DNA from: the human T2T-CHM13v2.0 reference genome, Homo sapiens
Length of the DNA: 64,000 nt
NCBI RefSeq assembly: GCF_009914755.1
Contig: NC_060932.1
Reading direction: 5' to 3' (one strand)
Shown here: piece after piece, positions 63,328-64,000 of the stretch
Position numbering within the stretch: position 1 is the stretch's first letter
Layout: each line of letters begins with the position of its first letter
The notes under the pieces: generated by a model
The model's input: the letters and a program-made list of their open reading frames with translations, nothing else
Database searches by the model: none
Told to the model about the DNA's origin: nothing
Translations under genes and position numbers: made by a program

Positions 63328-64000
63328 TCACTGTACATGGCAGTTGAGGGGGTTAAATAAAACACAGCTAGTGTCTGCTCAACACAGAGCCTGACACACA
63401 GTACATCTCTCGTACATGTAAATTCCTCTCCCTCTTTTTATCCCCCCAGAATTTCTCAGGCAAAGGCAGCCTTAAAGAGGTGCAATTGCCTTATTGTTCA
63501 TTCCGCAGATTCCTGCTTTTTCTTCTATGCCAGTTTGAGGACACGATGTTAAAATTATTACAGGGAGTAACAAGAGGTTTAAATTAGATAAAGTGTGTGG
63601 AAGTGCCTCACATAGTGCCTGGTCTCTATTAAATTAATTCATGACTTCTTTGAATTGGATTATGGCTTGCTGAAAGCTGACACCTCTATGTAAGGGGAGC
63701 TTTATCTAAGCAACTTGCAAAGTAAGGTGTCTGCACAATAATAGAGATGGGAACTTGGGTCTGAGAAAGCGTTTGTTATTCTAAAAGGACCTTTATTAAC
63801 TACTTTGGAGAAATCTTGCTACCCAATTTAAAAGGAGACACTCATTTAAAACAAAGCTTTTGCTAAACTGTTCACCAGATGAATCCAATTTCATTGCTAA
63901 TACTCGACCATCCACGCTGTCCTCTACTGATTCCTTCCCCAAATGACATTTTCCCATTAAGCAGACAGGGCTAGATTAAAAACAAAACAAAACAAAAACA

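Overview
Primate (most likely human) AT-rich non-coding DNA, intronic or intergenic. No host protein-coding exon, RNA gene or CpG island is recognisable; the ORF track is explained by Alu, L1, LTR and HERV-H sequence or by chance. Much of the window is interspersed repeats: Alu J/S/Y, L1 (PA/PB/MA/MB/ME-type), HAL1, L2, L3, MIR, MaLR/ERVL/ERV1 solo LTRs and hAT MITEs. The largest recognisable element is a two-LTR HERV-H provirus (55870-61655, +) with GATAT target duplications, a perfect tRNA-His PBS, an intact splice donor, decayed gag/pro/pol, an env remnant and an AluY in pol. Structures the repeats do not explain: (1) a ~440-bp fold-back (98-bp arms, ~83% identical, 34530-34968) whose perfect 22-bp core pairs a U1-complementary 5' splice site, in a recursive-splice-like YAG|GTAAGTAT context, with its U1-like complement; (2) an ancient ~200-bp inverted duplication (16891-17412 vs 18326-18521) that keeps the empty site of an AluSg; (3) a near-consensus CTCF site. 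Subfamily names come from remembered consensus diagnostics and need RepeatMasker/Dfam confirmation. Boundaries of old repeats are approximate.
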